Origin: an uncultured delta proteobacterium
Lineage (GTDB): Bacteria > Myxococcota_A > Polyangia > Fen-1088
Direction of reading: 5' to 3'
Assembly: GCA_963796685.1 (NCBI GenBank)
Contig: CAWCMR010000025.1
Coordinates: 2,016,001-2,080,000, forward strand
Length of the DNA stretch: 64,000 bases
How positions within the stretch are numbered: position 1 is the first letter of the stretch; each line of letters starts with the position of its first letter. This document shows positions 38,577-48,647 of this stretch, one piece after another. Both the position numbers and the translations under genes were made by a program. The notes under the pieces were generated by a model. That model was not told the origin of the DNA. It saw nothing but the letters and a program-made list of their open reading frames with translations, and made no database searches.

Positions 38577-38954
38577 CTACGCTTGGATGGTGATGATTTC
38601 GTTGGCCAGACAGGCCAAGGCATTCAGGCTGCGCCGTTGCCAGTACACCGAGGGACTGGACAGGAAGACGATGCGGTATTTCCCCTCGCCAGGCTGTTCC
38701 TGCACCGTGCTGATCCACCACACGAAGCACTTGAGGCACGACGAGTTCATGAATTCGAGCTGGCGCATGTCGACGGTGACTTCCTCGGCCAGGCAGCGTT
38801 GCGCCTCCGAGTGGACGTTGCGCAGGAAGTGATCGAGTTGGTTCTTGACCGTCAGATCGGCGGTCCCGGTCAGGTTGACCTGAATCCTTCGCTCGTCCGT
38901 GCTGGCATGCGCGGTGAAGTCGCTCTCCTTCATGGTCTCCACCCAATCAGTCAT
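38577..38954 (-). CDS. STAS-like anti-anti-sigma / SiaC-like protein
   Basis: VDMRQLEFMNSS putative phosphoacceptor motif; WQRRSL. Confidence 0.75.
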   Translation of the reverse strand: MTDWVETMKESDFTAHASTDERRIQVNLTGTADLTVKNQLDHFLRNVHSEAQRCLAEEVTVDMRQLEFMNSSCLKCFVWWISTVQEQPGEGKYRIVFLSSPSVYWQRRSLNALACLANEIITIQA

Positions 38955-39439
38955 GCGATGCACTCCTCGATGGCAAGCAACTCGCCGTGATGGTGACCAT
39001 GCTGCCTTCGATTTCGAGAGATAGGTCGAGCTTCGCCCTCGGCGCGAATGCGCGCCAGGCCCAGGCCCGATTCGTCCTGAACGCCGAACGTCCTGCGCAT
39101 CAGGCTTTGGTAGAGCACGAACGGGTCCGTGCTGGCCTGGATCTCGTCGATGCACGCGCGCAGCCGGGCGATGTGCTCGGGGGTGGTTTGGTTGGTCAGC
39201 TTGATCTTCGCCGCCGAACCGTTCGACTCGAAGTGGACGGTAAGGCCGGTCTTGTCGCCGACGGCGTACTTTGCGGCATTCTCCAGGAGCTCGTGCACGG
39301 CCAAGGAAACCCTGAATACCGCTTCGGGATCTCCCACCAGCTTCTCGAAGCTCTCCTCCACGAACCGGCGTACGATGGACACCATGCGTGATCGAGGCTG
39401 AATCTGGAGTCCAAAGCTAAGGGTGGGTCCTTCGGGCAT
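38947..39439 (-). CDS. HATPase-fold Ser kinase / anti-sigma-like (SiaB-like) protein; probable frameshift near 39032
   Basis: HELLENAAKY N-box and SGLGLARI G-box; the shifted frame gives a plausible LDLSLEIEGSMVTITAS end. Confidence 0.72.
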
Positions 39440-39676
39440 GGGAACCGTCTCTAGGGCATCGGCAGCGCGAAGGAAAGAGTTTAGCCGATAAGGAGCGCGA
39501 CGAGGCACCCTTCCACGACGGATGCACGCACCCGATCGAAGCGATGGAGGGTGGACGCAGACGGCTTACGACCACGACCTCCCGCGGCTACCGCGGGATA
39601 ATGGGAACCTGGCGGTGCTGGACTCGCACGGCAACCCTGGGTCATAGTCGGCCCGACGTGCAGACACGAGGCAAGC

Positions 39677-41344
39677 ATGCGCGGCGTTGGTAACTTGAGG
39701 GTGGGCGGCCCCATTTCGCTCATCCTGGTCCTGGTTTTTCCCGCCATGATCGCCGCCGCCGTCGCCCTGGCGTACTACGGTTTCAAGCACGCCGAGGACG
39801 TGTCCCGACCGGTGGAGCAGCTCTTTCGCCAGGAATGCCAGGACTACGCCGAGGGACTGGCCAAGACCGTCGAAAGCAAGCTCGATCGCGACGCGCTGGC
39901 GCTGTTCGCCAAGATCGCGGTCTTGGAAGACGATCCCGCGTCGACCGACCCCTGCGATCTGGATCCCGGATCGGGCATTGATTCCTTTGCCGTGCTCGGC
40001 GAGACCCGTCGTGTCGAGTGCACGTGGCCACGCGCTCGCGAAACCGATTCCAAACGGCGGCGGTCGGCCGATGCCGGCCAGGCGAGGATCACGTGGCTCG
40101 CGAAAATCAAGAACCTGGCCTGGTCGCAGCTCGATCTGGACAACTTCGCCTACCACCATGACGTGCTCGACAGCGGTGGCTCGGCGCTGCTCGCCTACAC
40201 GGCTCGCAGGGCCAGCGACGGCGAGCTGTACCACGTGGTGGCCAGGCTGACCCTCGATTTCATCGGCAAACAATGGGCTGATGGAGAGCTTGGGCCCGTG
40301 CGCAAGAACCGCCGCGTGGCCATCCTCGACGAGTCGAACGCTCTCATCGCGGGCGTGCGGCCCACCGGGCCCGAGGCGCGTCCGGGGGGCCGTCTCTTCT
40401 ACGAGGGGCCGTTCGGCAAGGCACTCTATCGCTGGCGCATTCAAATGGTTCCGCAAAACGCCGAGGAGTTTCAGGCGCAGTGGGAACGGACCAAGAGCCT
40501 GCGCCGCATTCTCATCTTGCTGGCGACGGTCATCATCGTCGTGGGTCTGGTGCTGGTTTGGCTGGCCATCTTGACCGAGCGCCGCGCCTCGCGCATGAAG
40601 AGCGACTTCATCGCCAACGTGTCGCATGAGCTCAAGACGCCGCTCTCGCTCATCCGCATGTTCGGCGAGATGGTGGCCACCGGTCGTCACAAGGGCGAAG
40701 AGGCGGCGCGCGAATACGGTGGCATCATCACCCGCGAGTCCGAGCGGCTGTCGCACCTCATCGACAACGTGCTCGATTTCTCGCGCCTCGAGCGTGGCAA
40801 GGCCAGCTACCACTTCGCCGAGGGCAATCTGGCCGAGGTGGTGGAGCGCGCGCTCGACGTGTGTCGCTACCGGCTCGAACGCGACAAGATGAAGCTGGTG
40901 GTCGACATCGCGCCGGATTTGCCCGCCGTGCGCATGGACGAGAACGAGATGACCCTGGTCGTGCTCAACCTGATCGACAACGCCATCAAGCACGCCGCCG
41001 ACGGTGGCAAGGTCGTAGTGACGGTGGTGCGCTCGGGAGGCTTCGTGACCCTCGCGGTGCGCGACTTCGGTCCTGGCATCGTACGCGAGGAGCATCCGCG
41101 CGTATTCGAGCGCTTCTACCGATCGCAAAGCACGCGCGAGAGAAATGTCCGCGGCAGTGGTATAGGATTGGCCCTGGTCAAGCACATCGCCGAGGCCCAC
41201 GGTGGTCGCGTGACCGTTCAAAGCCCCGTCTCCGACACGCCCGACGATGCGAAAGGTTGCCTCTTCAAAGTCTTCGTTCCCGCACCGGTTCCCGCCCTCG
41301 TCGAGGGCCTTGCGCAGGGGCCGGCCGTCGAGGGGTCCAGGTAG
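39677..41344 (+). CDS. Membrane sensor histidine kinase
   Basis: Two TMs; SHELKTPL, NLIDNAIKH, DFGPGI, FERFYR and GSGIGL motifs. Confidence 0.95.
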   Translation: MRGVGNLRVGGPISLILVLVFPAMIAAAVALAYYGFKHAEDVSRPVEQLFRQECQDYAEGLAKTVESKLDRDALALFAKIAVLEDDPASTDPCDLDPGSGIDSFAVLGETRRVECTWPRARETDSKRRRSADAGQARITWLAKIKNLAWSQLDLDNFAYHHDVLDSGGSALLAYTARRASDGELYHVVARLTLDFIGKQWADGELGPVRKNRRVAILDESNALIAGVRPTGPEARPGGRLFYEGPFGKALYRWRIQMVPQNAEEFQAQWERTKSLRRILILLATVIIVVGLVLVWLAILTERRASRMKSDFIANVSHELKTPLSLIRMFGEMVATGRHKGEEAAREYGGIITRESERLSHLIDNVLDFSRLERGKASYHFAEGNLAEVVERALDVCRYRLERDKMKLVVDIAPDLPAVRMDENEMTLVVLNLIDNAIKHAADGGKVVVTVVRSGGFVTLAVRDFGPGIVREEHPRVFERFYRSQSTRERNVRGSGIGLALVKHIAEAHGGRVTVQSPVSDTPDDAKGCLFKVFVPAPVPALVEGLAQGPAVEGSR

Positions 41345-41347
41345 GCC

Positions 41348-42067
41348 ATGAACGGCTCGACCTCGGTTACCAACGCGGGGGCAAATCGGCGCCGCATTCT
41401 CGTCATCGAAGACGAGCCGGACATCGCGCGCGGTCTGCGCGACGCCCTGGAATTCGAGCAGTTCGAGGTCGCCACCACGGGCCTCGGCCGCGACGGTATC
41501 AAGACCCTGCGCGAGCGCGGCGCCGACCTGGTCATCCTGGATCTCATGCTGCCCGACATCAACGGCTTCACCGTGTGCGAGGAGATCCGGCAAAGCCATC
41601 CCGTGGTGCCCATCATCATGCTCACCGCGCGCTCGCAAGAGACGGACAAGATTCGCGGCCTCGAGGCCGGTGCCGACGACTACGTGACCAAGCCGTTCTC
41701 CGTGGGCGAGCTCATCGCGCGTATCGGCGCGATTTTCCGCAGGCTTCATCGCAGCGGTGGCAGCGACGAAGCCATTCGAATCGGACAGGCGACGATTTAC
41801 CCGCGCCGACACGAGCTGGTTCGCAACCGCAGGACCGTACCCTTGTCGTTCTACGAGGTTGAGATTTTGCGCCTGCTTCACGAACGCGCCGGCGAGCCCG
41901 TGCCGCGCGAGGAGATCCTCGAGAAGATCTGGGGCGTTACGGGGTACGGTAGCAGCCGCTCGGTGGACAATTTCGTGGTCAAGCTGCGCAAGAAGATCGA
42001 AGAGGATGCATCAAGTCCACGTCACATCGTGACGATATACGGAACCGGGTACAAACTTCTACTCTAG
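41348..42067 (+). CDS. OmpR/PhoB-family response regulator
   Basis: [20 protein letters not shown]; winged-helix C-terminus ending TIYGTGYK. Confidence 0.95.
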   Translation: MNGSTSVTNAGANRRRILVIEDEPDIARGLRDALEFEQFEVATTGLGRDGIKTLRERGADLVILDLMLPDINGFTVCEEIRQSHPVVPIIMLTARSQETDKIRGLEAGADDYVTKPFSVGELIARIGAIFRRLHRSGGSDEAIRIGQATIYPRRHELVRNRRTVPLSFYEVEILRLLHERAGEPVPREEILEKIWGVTGYGSSRSVDNFVVKLRKKIEEDASSPRHIVTIYGTGYKLLL

Positions 42068-42131
42068 CTCCTGGCTTGGCGCGGAGACTGACCATCCTCG
42101 CCGGGCCGGGTCGTTGCATTCAAGGAACCTC

Positions 42132-42527
42132 ATGAACGTCAATTCCTCTTCTCCCGACGGGGGCAGGGTTTCGCTGCAAGTGGACGGTAGCCTCGTCACC
42201 ATCCGCGGGGAAATCGACCAAACGAGCCCCAAGCTTTTTCTGGCGCCATTCTTCGAGGAGATCCATGCGGCGGCCGAGCAAGAGGGCTTGCACGAGGTGA
42301 AGGTGGACATTCGCAGCCTGCACTTCCTCAACTCGGCCGCGGTCAAGGAGCTCATCGCCTGGGTGCTCAAGCGTAACCGCCTGCCGCCGGGGAAGAAGTA
42401 CGTGCTCGATTTCATCTACGATTCGTCCATCCTGTGGCAGCGGGTGACCATGCCGACCCTCAGCCAGCTCGATCCGGACTTCGTGGTGCTCAGCGATCAT
42501 AGCAAGTCGCCATCTCGGCATAGGTAG
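42132..42527 (+). CDS. Second STAS-like (SiaC-like) protein
   Basis: VDIRSLHFLNSAAVKELIAW...WQRVT, paralogous to 38577-38954. Confidence 0.72.
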   Translation: MNVNSSSPDGGRVSLQVDGSLVTIRGEIDQTSPKLFLAPFFEEIHAAAEQEGLHEVKVDIRSLHFLNSAAVKELIAWVLKRNRLPPGKKYVLDFIYDSSILWQRVTMPTLSQLDPDFVVLSDHSKSPSRHR

Positions 42528-42597
42528 GTGGACCGCAGCCTCGACCCGCAACCGGGTTGCAACGGCATCACCTGGGACGGTCGTTGCATGGATCAGA

Positions 42598-43941
42598 TCA
42601 TTTACTAGCGCCCTCGTCGAACACGACGTGCGAGAAGCCGCTCGCGTTGTCGACGAATGCGGCGCCGAGCCCCGCGGAGGTCGGGCCCCAACCGAAGTAG
42701 TCGCCGAGCCAATCGGGCACGTGCCGTTGCAAGGTTGGGGTCAAACCCGTTGCCAGGACAGCTTCGTTGGCGAACGAGCGGCCGCCATCGGCAGAGACGA
42801 CGTACACCAGATCGGCCGAGCCCGTGCCTTCACCGGCCGCCCGATAGGCCGCCAACTCCGGCGAGCCGTCGGCCCCTCGTGCGAGCTGTGGAAACAGCAA
42901 GAACCCTGGCGCAGCTCCGCCATCGGCCTCGGGAGCACCGCCGTCGGAGATGGTCTGCGCCATGCCCGCCCCATCGAGCGCGACCACGTCGCTGTCGGCT
43001 GTGGATGCGCCCAGGGTGACGTGCGCCACGTGAACGGAAAGCAAGCGTGCTACGGGCACGTCGTAGCCGTCCCGCGTTCGTCCATAGGAGATCCACGCCT
43101 CGTCGCCATTGGCGATGCACGTCGGATCTTGGAAGGCCACGTTTCCGACGGGATCCGACACGGCCACGTCCACCGGCGTCGACCAGGTGACACCACCGTC
43201 CCCTGTGTGCGCGAGGCGAATGGCGTGGTTCGCGACATAGGTGACGAATGCGCCGCCGGGGCGGCCGTCCGGGCACGAGGCCGCAAGATTCGCCATCGCC
43301 GGATCGACGATCGCACGCTGGAAGGTCGCGCCGCCGTCGGACGACGCCGCCGCCAGGATGCCGCCGCGCCGGAGGTCGCTGTAGCTGACCACGAGCACGT
43401 CGTCGGACGTGAGGATCATCCATGGTTTGTCGTACAGCGAATCGGTGATGGGTTCGCTCAATTCGACAGGGGGCTCGAAACCGTTTGCGCCCGCCGACCA
43501 GCGTGCGAATTGGATGTGAATGTCCCTGACCCCCACCTGGGGCTGGGCGGGATTGGGTCCCGGCGTCCACGATGCCCAGGCCGCGAACAGCGTCCCCGCA
43601 CCATCGCGGGCCAGCGTCACGTTGCTGGCCATTTGACCGTTCGGGCTATCGAGGTAGCGCGGCTTTGCGAACCCCGTCGGTCCCTTGCGGGTGTAGCCCA
43701 CACGGGTCACCCCATCGCAGCCATACGCTTCCCAGGCGATGGCGGTATCGTTGGCCCGCTCCACGAAAAACGGCTCGACCTCGAACTGGCTTGCGCCGTC
43801 CAGCGACACGAAGGGCGCGCCGGACCGGTCAGGCCAATCGCTGCAACCACGCGCATCGGATGTCGGCTCTCTTGCCGCCGTCGATGGGCCGCAAGCCCAC
43901 GCCACGAGCGGCAGGGCGCAAAGAGGTGCCCGCCAATCCAT
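42598..43941 (-). CDS. BNR/Asp-box beta-propeller lipoprotein (sialidase-like)
   Basis: Lipobox AWAC; Asp-boxes SSDGGATF, TGDGGVTW and SADGGRSF; DKPW and GDY motifs. Confidence 0.75.
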   Translation of the reverse strand: MDWRAPLCALPLVAWACGPSTAAREPTSDARGCSDWPDRSGAPFVSLDGASQFEVEPFFVERANDTAIAWEAYGCDGVTRVGYTRKGPTGFAKPRYLDSPNGQMASNVTLARDGAGTLFAAWASWTPGPNPAQPQVGVRDIHIQFARWSAGANGFEPPVELSEPITDSLYDKPWMILTSDDVLVVSYSDLRRGGILAAASSDGGATFQRAIVDPAMANLAASCPDGRPGGAFVTYVANHAIRLAHTGDGGVTWSTPVDVAVSDPVGNVAFQDPTCIANGDEAWISYGRTRDGYDVPVARLLSVHVAHVTLGASTADSDVVALDGAGMAQTISDGGAPEADGGAAPGFLLFPQLARGADGSPELAAYRAAGEGTGSADLVYVVSADGGRSFANEAVLATGLTPTLQRHVPDWLGDYFGWGPTSAGLGAAFVDNASGFSHVVFDEGASK

Positions 43942-44117
43942 GCGCGATCGTTTCACCGGATACAACGACTCCCGCTCCGGCGTTGATCGCGCGCGGTCGC
44001 AAATGCCATGGCCGCGCATTGTACGCCGGGCGAGGTTCTGGGCGCCATCATGCGACCCGGCGCGCCTCCCTTTCCCCTTGACTGCCGACGGCCAACTGCG
44101 GACTTATGACAACCATC

Positions 44118-45554
44118 ATGTCGGTTCGTGTTCGCATCGCTCCATCGCCCACCGGCGATCCCCACGTGGGGACCGCCTACATCGCCTTGTTCAACTACGT
44201 GTTCGCCAAGAAGCACGGCGGCCAGTTCATCCTGCGTATCGAGGACACGGATCGCGCGCGTTCGACGCCCGATTCCGAGGCGGCCATCCTGCGTGCTCTG
44301 CGCTGGGTGGGCGTGGGCTGGGACGAAGGGCCCGACGTGGGCGGGCCGTGCGGGCCGTACCGGCAGTCGGAACGCAGTGAGATCTATAAGTCCGAGGTGG
44401 CGAAGCTCGTCGCCACGGGTGCGGCCTACCGGTGCTTTTGCACGGCCCAGCGGCTGGAAGAGATGCGTGCCGCCGCCAAGGGCAAGTCGTTCGTGGGCTA
44501 CGACGGGCACTGCCGCGGCGTCGACAAGGCCGAGTCCGACCGGCGCGCGACTGCGGGCGAGCCCTTCGTCATCCGCCTGGCCATGCCCAAGACCGGCGAG
44601 ACCGTGTTCACCGATCGCCTGCGCGGCGAGGTCCGCTTCGACAACACCCAGATCGACGACCAGATCCTGCTCAAGAGCGACGGCTTCCCCACCTACCACC
44701 TGGCCAACGTGGTCGACGACCGCCTGATGGGCATCACCCACGTCATTCGCGCCGAGGAATGGCTGTCGTCCACGCCCAAGCACGTCGAGCTGTACAAGGC
44801 CTTCGGCTGGCAAGCACCCGAGTGGATCCACATGCCGCTCCTGCGCAACGCCGACAAGTCGAAGATCTCCAAGCGCAAAAATCCCGTCTCGCTCGACTAC
44901 TACCGCGCCGCCGGCTTCCTGCCCGAGGCGCTGCTCAACTACCTCGGCACCATGGGCTGGTCCATCTCGGGCGACCGCGAGAAGTTCACCCTGGCCGAGA
45001 TGATCGAGGTCTTCACCTTCGACCGCATGAGCCTGGGCGGCCCGGTGTTCGACCTGGTCAAGCTGTCGGCCATGAACGCCGACTACCTGCGGGCGCTGGA
45101 CGACGCGGGCATCGTGGCGCGCCTGCGCGGATGGCGCCTGGGCGACGAGTACCTGAAGCAGCTCGTGCCGCTGGTGCGCCAGCGGGTGCAGCGCCTGGAC
45201 GAATTCATTCCCATGACCGAGTTCTTCTACTCGGGCGATCTCGACTACACGCCGGTCGCCAAGGATCTGATTCCCAAGAACCGCACCGCCAAGGACGTGG
45301 CCGATTGCCTGCTCGGCTTCGTCGAGGCCCTGGACGTGCAGCGCGACTTCTCCCACGCTGCCCTGGAAGCCGCCACGCGCGCCTACGCCGAGAAGATCGC
45401 CTGGGACGTGAAAGAGCTGTTCATGGTCGTGCGCATGGCCGCCACGGCTCGCAAGGCCACCCCGCCGCTCTTCGAAACCCTGGCCGTGCTCGGCCGCGAC
45501 CTCGTCCGCCGCCGCCTGCGCCTGTGCGGCGAATTCATGAAGCGGATGAAGTAG
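44118..45554 (+). CDS. gltX: Glutamate--tRNA ligase
   Basis: [26 protein letters not shown] and KISKR motifs. Confidence 0.97.
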   Translation: MSVRVRIAPSPTGDPHVGTAYIALFNYVFAKKHGGQFILRIEDTDRARSTPDSEAAILRALRWVGVGWDEGPDVGGPCGPYRQSERSEIYKSEVAKLVATGAAYRCFCTAQRLEEMRAAAKGKSFVGYDGHCRGVDKAESDRRATAGEPFVIRLAMPKTGETVFTDRLRGEVRFDNTQIDDQILLKSDGFPTYHLANVVDDRLMGITHVIRAEEWLSSTPKHVELYKAFGWQAPEWIHMPLLRNADKSKISKRKNPVSLDYYRAAGFLPEALLNYLGTMGWSISGDREKFTLAEMIEVFTFDRMSLGGPVFDLVKLSAMNADYLRALDDAGIVARLRGWRLGDEYLKQLVPLVRQRVQRLDEFIPMTEFFYSGDLDYTPVAKDLIPKNRTAKDVADCLLGFVEALDVQRDFSHAALEAATRAYAEKIAWDVKELFMVVRMAATARKATPPLFETLAVLGRDLVRRRLRLCGEFMKRMK

Positions 45555-45563
45555 GCGCAGGGC

Positions 45564-45579
45564 CATTACCATGGTAATG
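45564..45579. promoter_or_regulatory. Perfect 16-bp palindrome CATTACCATGGTAATG, probable vapBC autoregulatory operator overlapping the -10
   Basis: Exact palindrome 7 nt upstream of the antitoxin ATG. Confidence 0.65.
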
Positions 45580-45586
45580 TGTATCC

Positions 45587-45847
45587 ATGGCGCTGGCACA
45601 ATCGAGGATTACCGCACAGGGGCAGATTTCCGTTCCGCTCGAGGTGCGCAAGAGGCTCGGCATAGGGCCGGGGGCCGTGCTTGAATGGAATGAGGAGAAC
45701 GGGCAGGTCTTCGTTCGCCGGGCCGGCCGCACCTCTTCGGTCGAAATCCATCAGGCCTTGTTCTCGGCTCGACCGCCGCACAAGAGCGCCGCCGAAATGA
45801 AAGAGGGGATCAGACGCCTCGTCAGAAAACGCCATGCGCGCCATTGA
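45587..45847 (+). CDS. vapB: AbrB/MazE/SpoVT-family antitoxin (VapB)
   Basis: SRITAQGQISVPLEVRKRLGIGPG; overlaps the PIN gene. Confidence 0.9.
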   Translation: MALAQSRITAQGQISVPLEVRKRLGIGPGAVLEWNEENGQVFVRRAGRTSSVEIHQALFSARPPHKSAAEMKEGIRRLVRKRHARH

Positions 45848-46214
45848 TACCAATGTTCTCGTGCGGCTCCTGGCGCGCGACGACGCCAAGCAAGTCGCGG
45901 CGGCCGAGCGTTTCGTGGAAAACGGCGCCTGGGTTTCTCACCTGGTCCTGATGGAGACCGCGTGGGTGCTGGAGAGCGTCTATGACCTCGCCCCTGATCG
46001 CATCGCGCTCGCGCTGGAGATGCTGATTGGCCATGCCCATCTCACCATCGAAAGGGCGGAGGTCGTCGTGGCGGCGCTCGACGAGCTCCGCAAGCGACCG
46101 AAACTGGGGTTCTCGGACTGCCTCATCGTCGCCACGGCCCGCCACGCCGGCCACATCCCGGTCGCGACCTTCGACCGAGACCTGGCCAAGCTCGAAGACG
46201 TGCAGAGGCTGTGA
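45834..46214 (+). CDS. vapC: PIN-domain toxin VapC
   Basis: IDTNVLVR, conserved Glu, FSDCLI and TFDRDL motifs. Confidence 0.92.
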   Translation: MRAIDTNVLVRLLARDDAKQVAAAERFVENGAWVSHLVLMETAWVLESVYDLAPDRIALALEMLIGHAHLTIERAEVVVAALDELRKRPKLGFSDCLIVATARHAGHIPVATFDRDLAKLEDVQRL

Positions 46215-46324
46215 GCCAATCCCGCGCCCCGTCTCCGTGTCCTCCTCTGCCTCTGCGCTCCCTCCTTACAAAGAATCACACATGATTACAATTGCGTGAC
46301 AATTGCGGGGGTAGGTTGCCCGTC

Positions 46325-47992
46325 ATGGACGCCTCCAGCGTGCTCACGACGCTCTACCTGATCATTCTTCCCTTGCTCGCGGTCTACGGGTTCCATCGCT
46401 CGTCGCTGGTGTATCTCTACTACCGCCACAAGGACAAGCAGCCCGTCGAGCCGGGCAAGTTCGCCGACCTGCCCGCCGTGACGGTGCAGTTGCCGCTCTT
46501 CAACGAGATGTACGTGGTCGAGCGCCTGCTCGACGCCGTGGCGGCCATCCGCTATCCGCACGACCGCTTCCAGATCCAGGTGCTCGACGATTCCACCGAC
46601 GAGACCTGCGACATCTGCAAGAACAAGATCGAGCAGCTCATCGTGCGCTACCCCGACCTCGACATCGAGTACGTGCACCGTACGGATCGCACGGGCTTCA
46701 AGGCCGGCGCGCTCGACAACGGCCTGCGCACGGCCAAGGGCGAGCTGGTCATGATCTTCGACGCCGACTTCGTTCCCAACCCCGACATCCTCGAAAAGAC
46801 CGTCCACCACTTCCTCGACCCCAAGGTCGCGGTGGTGCAGTGCCGCTGGGAGCACATCAACCGCGATTTCTCGGCCCTGACCGAGGCGCAGGCCCTGATG
46901 CTCAACGGTCACTTCGTGATGGAGCACGCGGGCCGCAACCGCTCGGGCCGCTTCTTCAATTTCAACGGCACCGCCGGTATGTGGCGGCGCGCGGCCATCG
47001 TGGATGCCGGCGGCTGGCACCACGATACGCTGACAGAGGATATGGATCTGTCCTACCGCGCGCAGCTACGCGGCTGGCGCTTCGTGTACCTGCCCGACAT
47101 CGCCGCGCCGGCCGAGCTGCCCGTCGAGATGTCGGCCTTCAAGGCGCAACAGTTTCGCTGGGCCAAGGGCTCGATCCAGGTCGCGCGCAAGCTTCTGCCG
47201 CGCATCCTCAGGTCGAACGCGACCTTCGGCCAGAAGAGCGAGGCCTTCTTTCACCTGACCAACAACTTCGCCTACCCGCTCTTGCTGCTGCTCTCGCTGC
47301 TGCTCCTGCCCAACCTGATGTTTCGCACCACCCACGGCGTGCGCGAGGTGCTGCTCATCGATCTGCCGCTCTTCTTCGGCACCACCCTCAGCATCGCCTC
47401 GTTTTACGTCACCTCCGAACGCGAGGTCGCGCGCATGAGCGGCTCCACGTCGCACTCGACCTGGGGCACCCTGGCCCAGATCCCCTTGGTCCTGTCCCTC
47501 GGCATCGGCCTGTGCGTGAACCAGACCCGCGCGGTGATCGAGGCGGTGTTCGGCCGCGAGACCGAGTTCGTGCGCACGCCCAAGCACGGCATCTGCGGCA
47601 AGCTGGAATCCTGGTCGGGCAAGAAGTACCGCGCCGCCAAGTCGCTGACGCCGTTCTTCGAGATGTTCATGGCCGCGTACTTCGTGGTCGCGGTCCAGAT
47701 CGCGATCGCCAACGGGCACTACGTCTCCGTTCCGTTCTTGCTGCTCTTTCTCTTCGGCTTCTCCTACGTGGGCGCGCTGTCCATGTGGCAAGGCGGCTTC
47801 GGCCAGGCCCTGCGCAGGGTGTGGCAACGCGAGGAGCGCGCCGTGGTGCCCGTGTCCATGATGTCCGCGCCCTTCGTGGCGGCCATGCCCGACGCCACGC
47901 CCGGCCCCATCTTGCTGCCCATGGAGGCGCGCCCGCTGCGCCCGGCGCGCGCCCGCGCAGGCAACGAGCCCCACGGCCGCGCTTCGGTTTGA
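46325..47992 (+). CDS. Processive GT2 glycosyltransferase (cellulose-synthase-like family)
   Basis: QVLDDSTD, GFKAGAL, FDADF, TEDMDLSYR and QQFRW (D,D,D,QxxRW) motifs plus TM helices. Confidence 0.9.
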   Translation: MDASSVLTTLYLIILPLLAVYGFHRSSLVYLYYRHKDKQPVEPGKFADLPAVTVQLPLFNEMYVVERLLDAVAAIRYPHDRFQIQVLDDSTDETCDICKNKIEQLIVRYPDLDIEYVHRTDRTGFKAGALDNGLRTAKGELVMIFDADFVPNPDILEKTVHHFLDPKVAVVQCRWEHINRDFSALTEAQALMLNGHFVMEHAGRNRSGRFFNFNGTAGMWRRAAIVDAGGWHHDTLTEDMDLSYRAQLRGWRFVYLPDIAAPAELPVEMSAFKAQQFRWAKGSIQVARKLLPRILRSNATFGQKSEAFFHLTNNFAYPLLLLLSLLLLPNLMFRTTHGVREVLLIDLPLFFGTTLSIASFYVTSEREVARMSGSTSHSTWGTLAQIPLVLSLGIGLCVNQTRAVIEAVFGRETEFVRTPKHGICGKLESWSGKKYRAAKSLTPFFEMFMAAYFVVAVQIAIANGHYVSVPFLLLFLFGFSYVGALSMWQGGFGQALRRVWQREERAVVPVSMMSAPFVAAMPDATPGPILLPMEARPLRPARARAGNEPHGRASV

Positions 47993-48039
47993 TCGCCATC
48001 CGCACTTGGTCGCGGTCGCGAATGAGCGAAGTCCACCGA

Positions 48040-48111
48040 GTAGGGGCGGGTTTGAAACCCGCCCTCAGGTGTCTCGCGATCCAGTGGGGCGGGTTTCAAA
48101 CCCGCCCCTAC
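48040..48111. repeat. Inverted pair of GTAG-type REP sequences (REPIN-like)
   Basis: GTAGGGGCGGGTTTGAAACCCGCCC at 48040 and reverse copy GGGGCGGGTTTCAAACCCGCCCCTAC ending 48111, between convergent genes. Confidence 0.85.
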
Positions 48112-48116
48112 CAGCG

Positions 48117-48587
48117 CTAGCCAGGGGTCGGTTTTGATTCCGCCCGGGCGGGCTTTTCGGTGGCCGGCTCGGGCACCAGCGGAAAGCGATCGCCGCGGGC
48201 GCGCCGCTGTTTGATCATCATCCAGCGACCGCCGCGCTGTTCCCAGCGCTGTTGCAGGGTGGCCTGGCGAACCGACGGATCGCTCTTCTTGTACCACTCG
48301 ATCTTCACGTCGACCGTCGCCGCCTCGGCTCCTTGCATGAACCGCACTCCCAGCACCTCGTAGTCCACGATAACCAAATCCGCGTCCACCATGTTTGCGC
48401 GCGCCTGAAAGAGCGCGTTTTCTTCCGGGGTCATGGACTGTCCCACGATTTCCCAACGCCCCCAGCGGAAATCGTCGTTGAACATACGTGCGTCGCGAAT
48501 CAAGTCGTCCTGGCGCCGCTGCGACGGGGTCATACACCCAAGCGCGCTCGCGAAAAGCAACGCCGCTGTCACGGTTCTCCATCTCAT
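48117..48587 (-). CDS. Hypothetical lipoprotein
   Basis: Lipobox ALGC; FNDDFRWGR; compact 156-aa ORF downstream of prmC. Confidence 0.75.
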   Translation of the reverse strand: MRWRTVTAALLFASALGCMTPSQRRQDDLIRDARMFNDDFRWGRWEIVGQSMTPEENALFQARANMVDADLVIVDYEVLGVRFMQGAEAATVDVKIEWYKKSDPSVRQATLQQRWEQRGGRWMMIKQRRARGDRFPLVPEPATEKPARAESKPTPG

Positions 48588-48647
48588 TGGACGACTCCCC
48601 TCGACTCTTTCAAGATCCGAAAACCCTTCTGGTTGATTTCTTCCACG

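Noticed and set aside
39566-41881. Long antisense or alternate-frame ORFs (also 48610-51681, 53882-56107, 28994-30640, 3174-4541)
   Set aside because: Shadow ORFs of well-supported genes in high-GC DNA; no recognisable motifs
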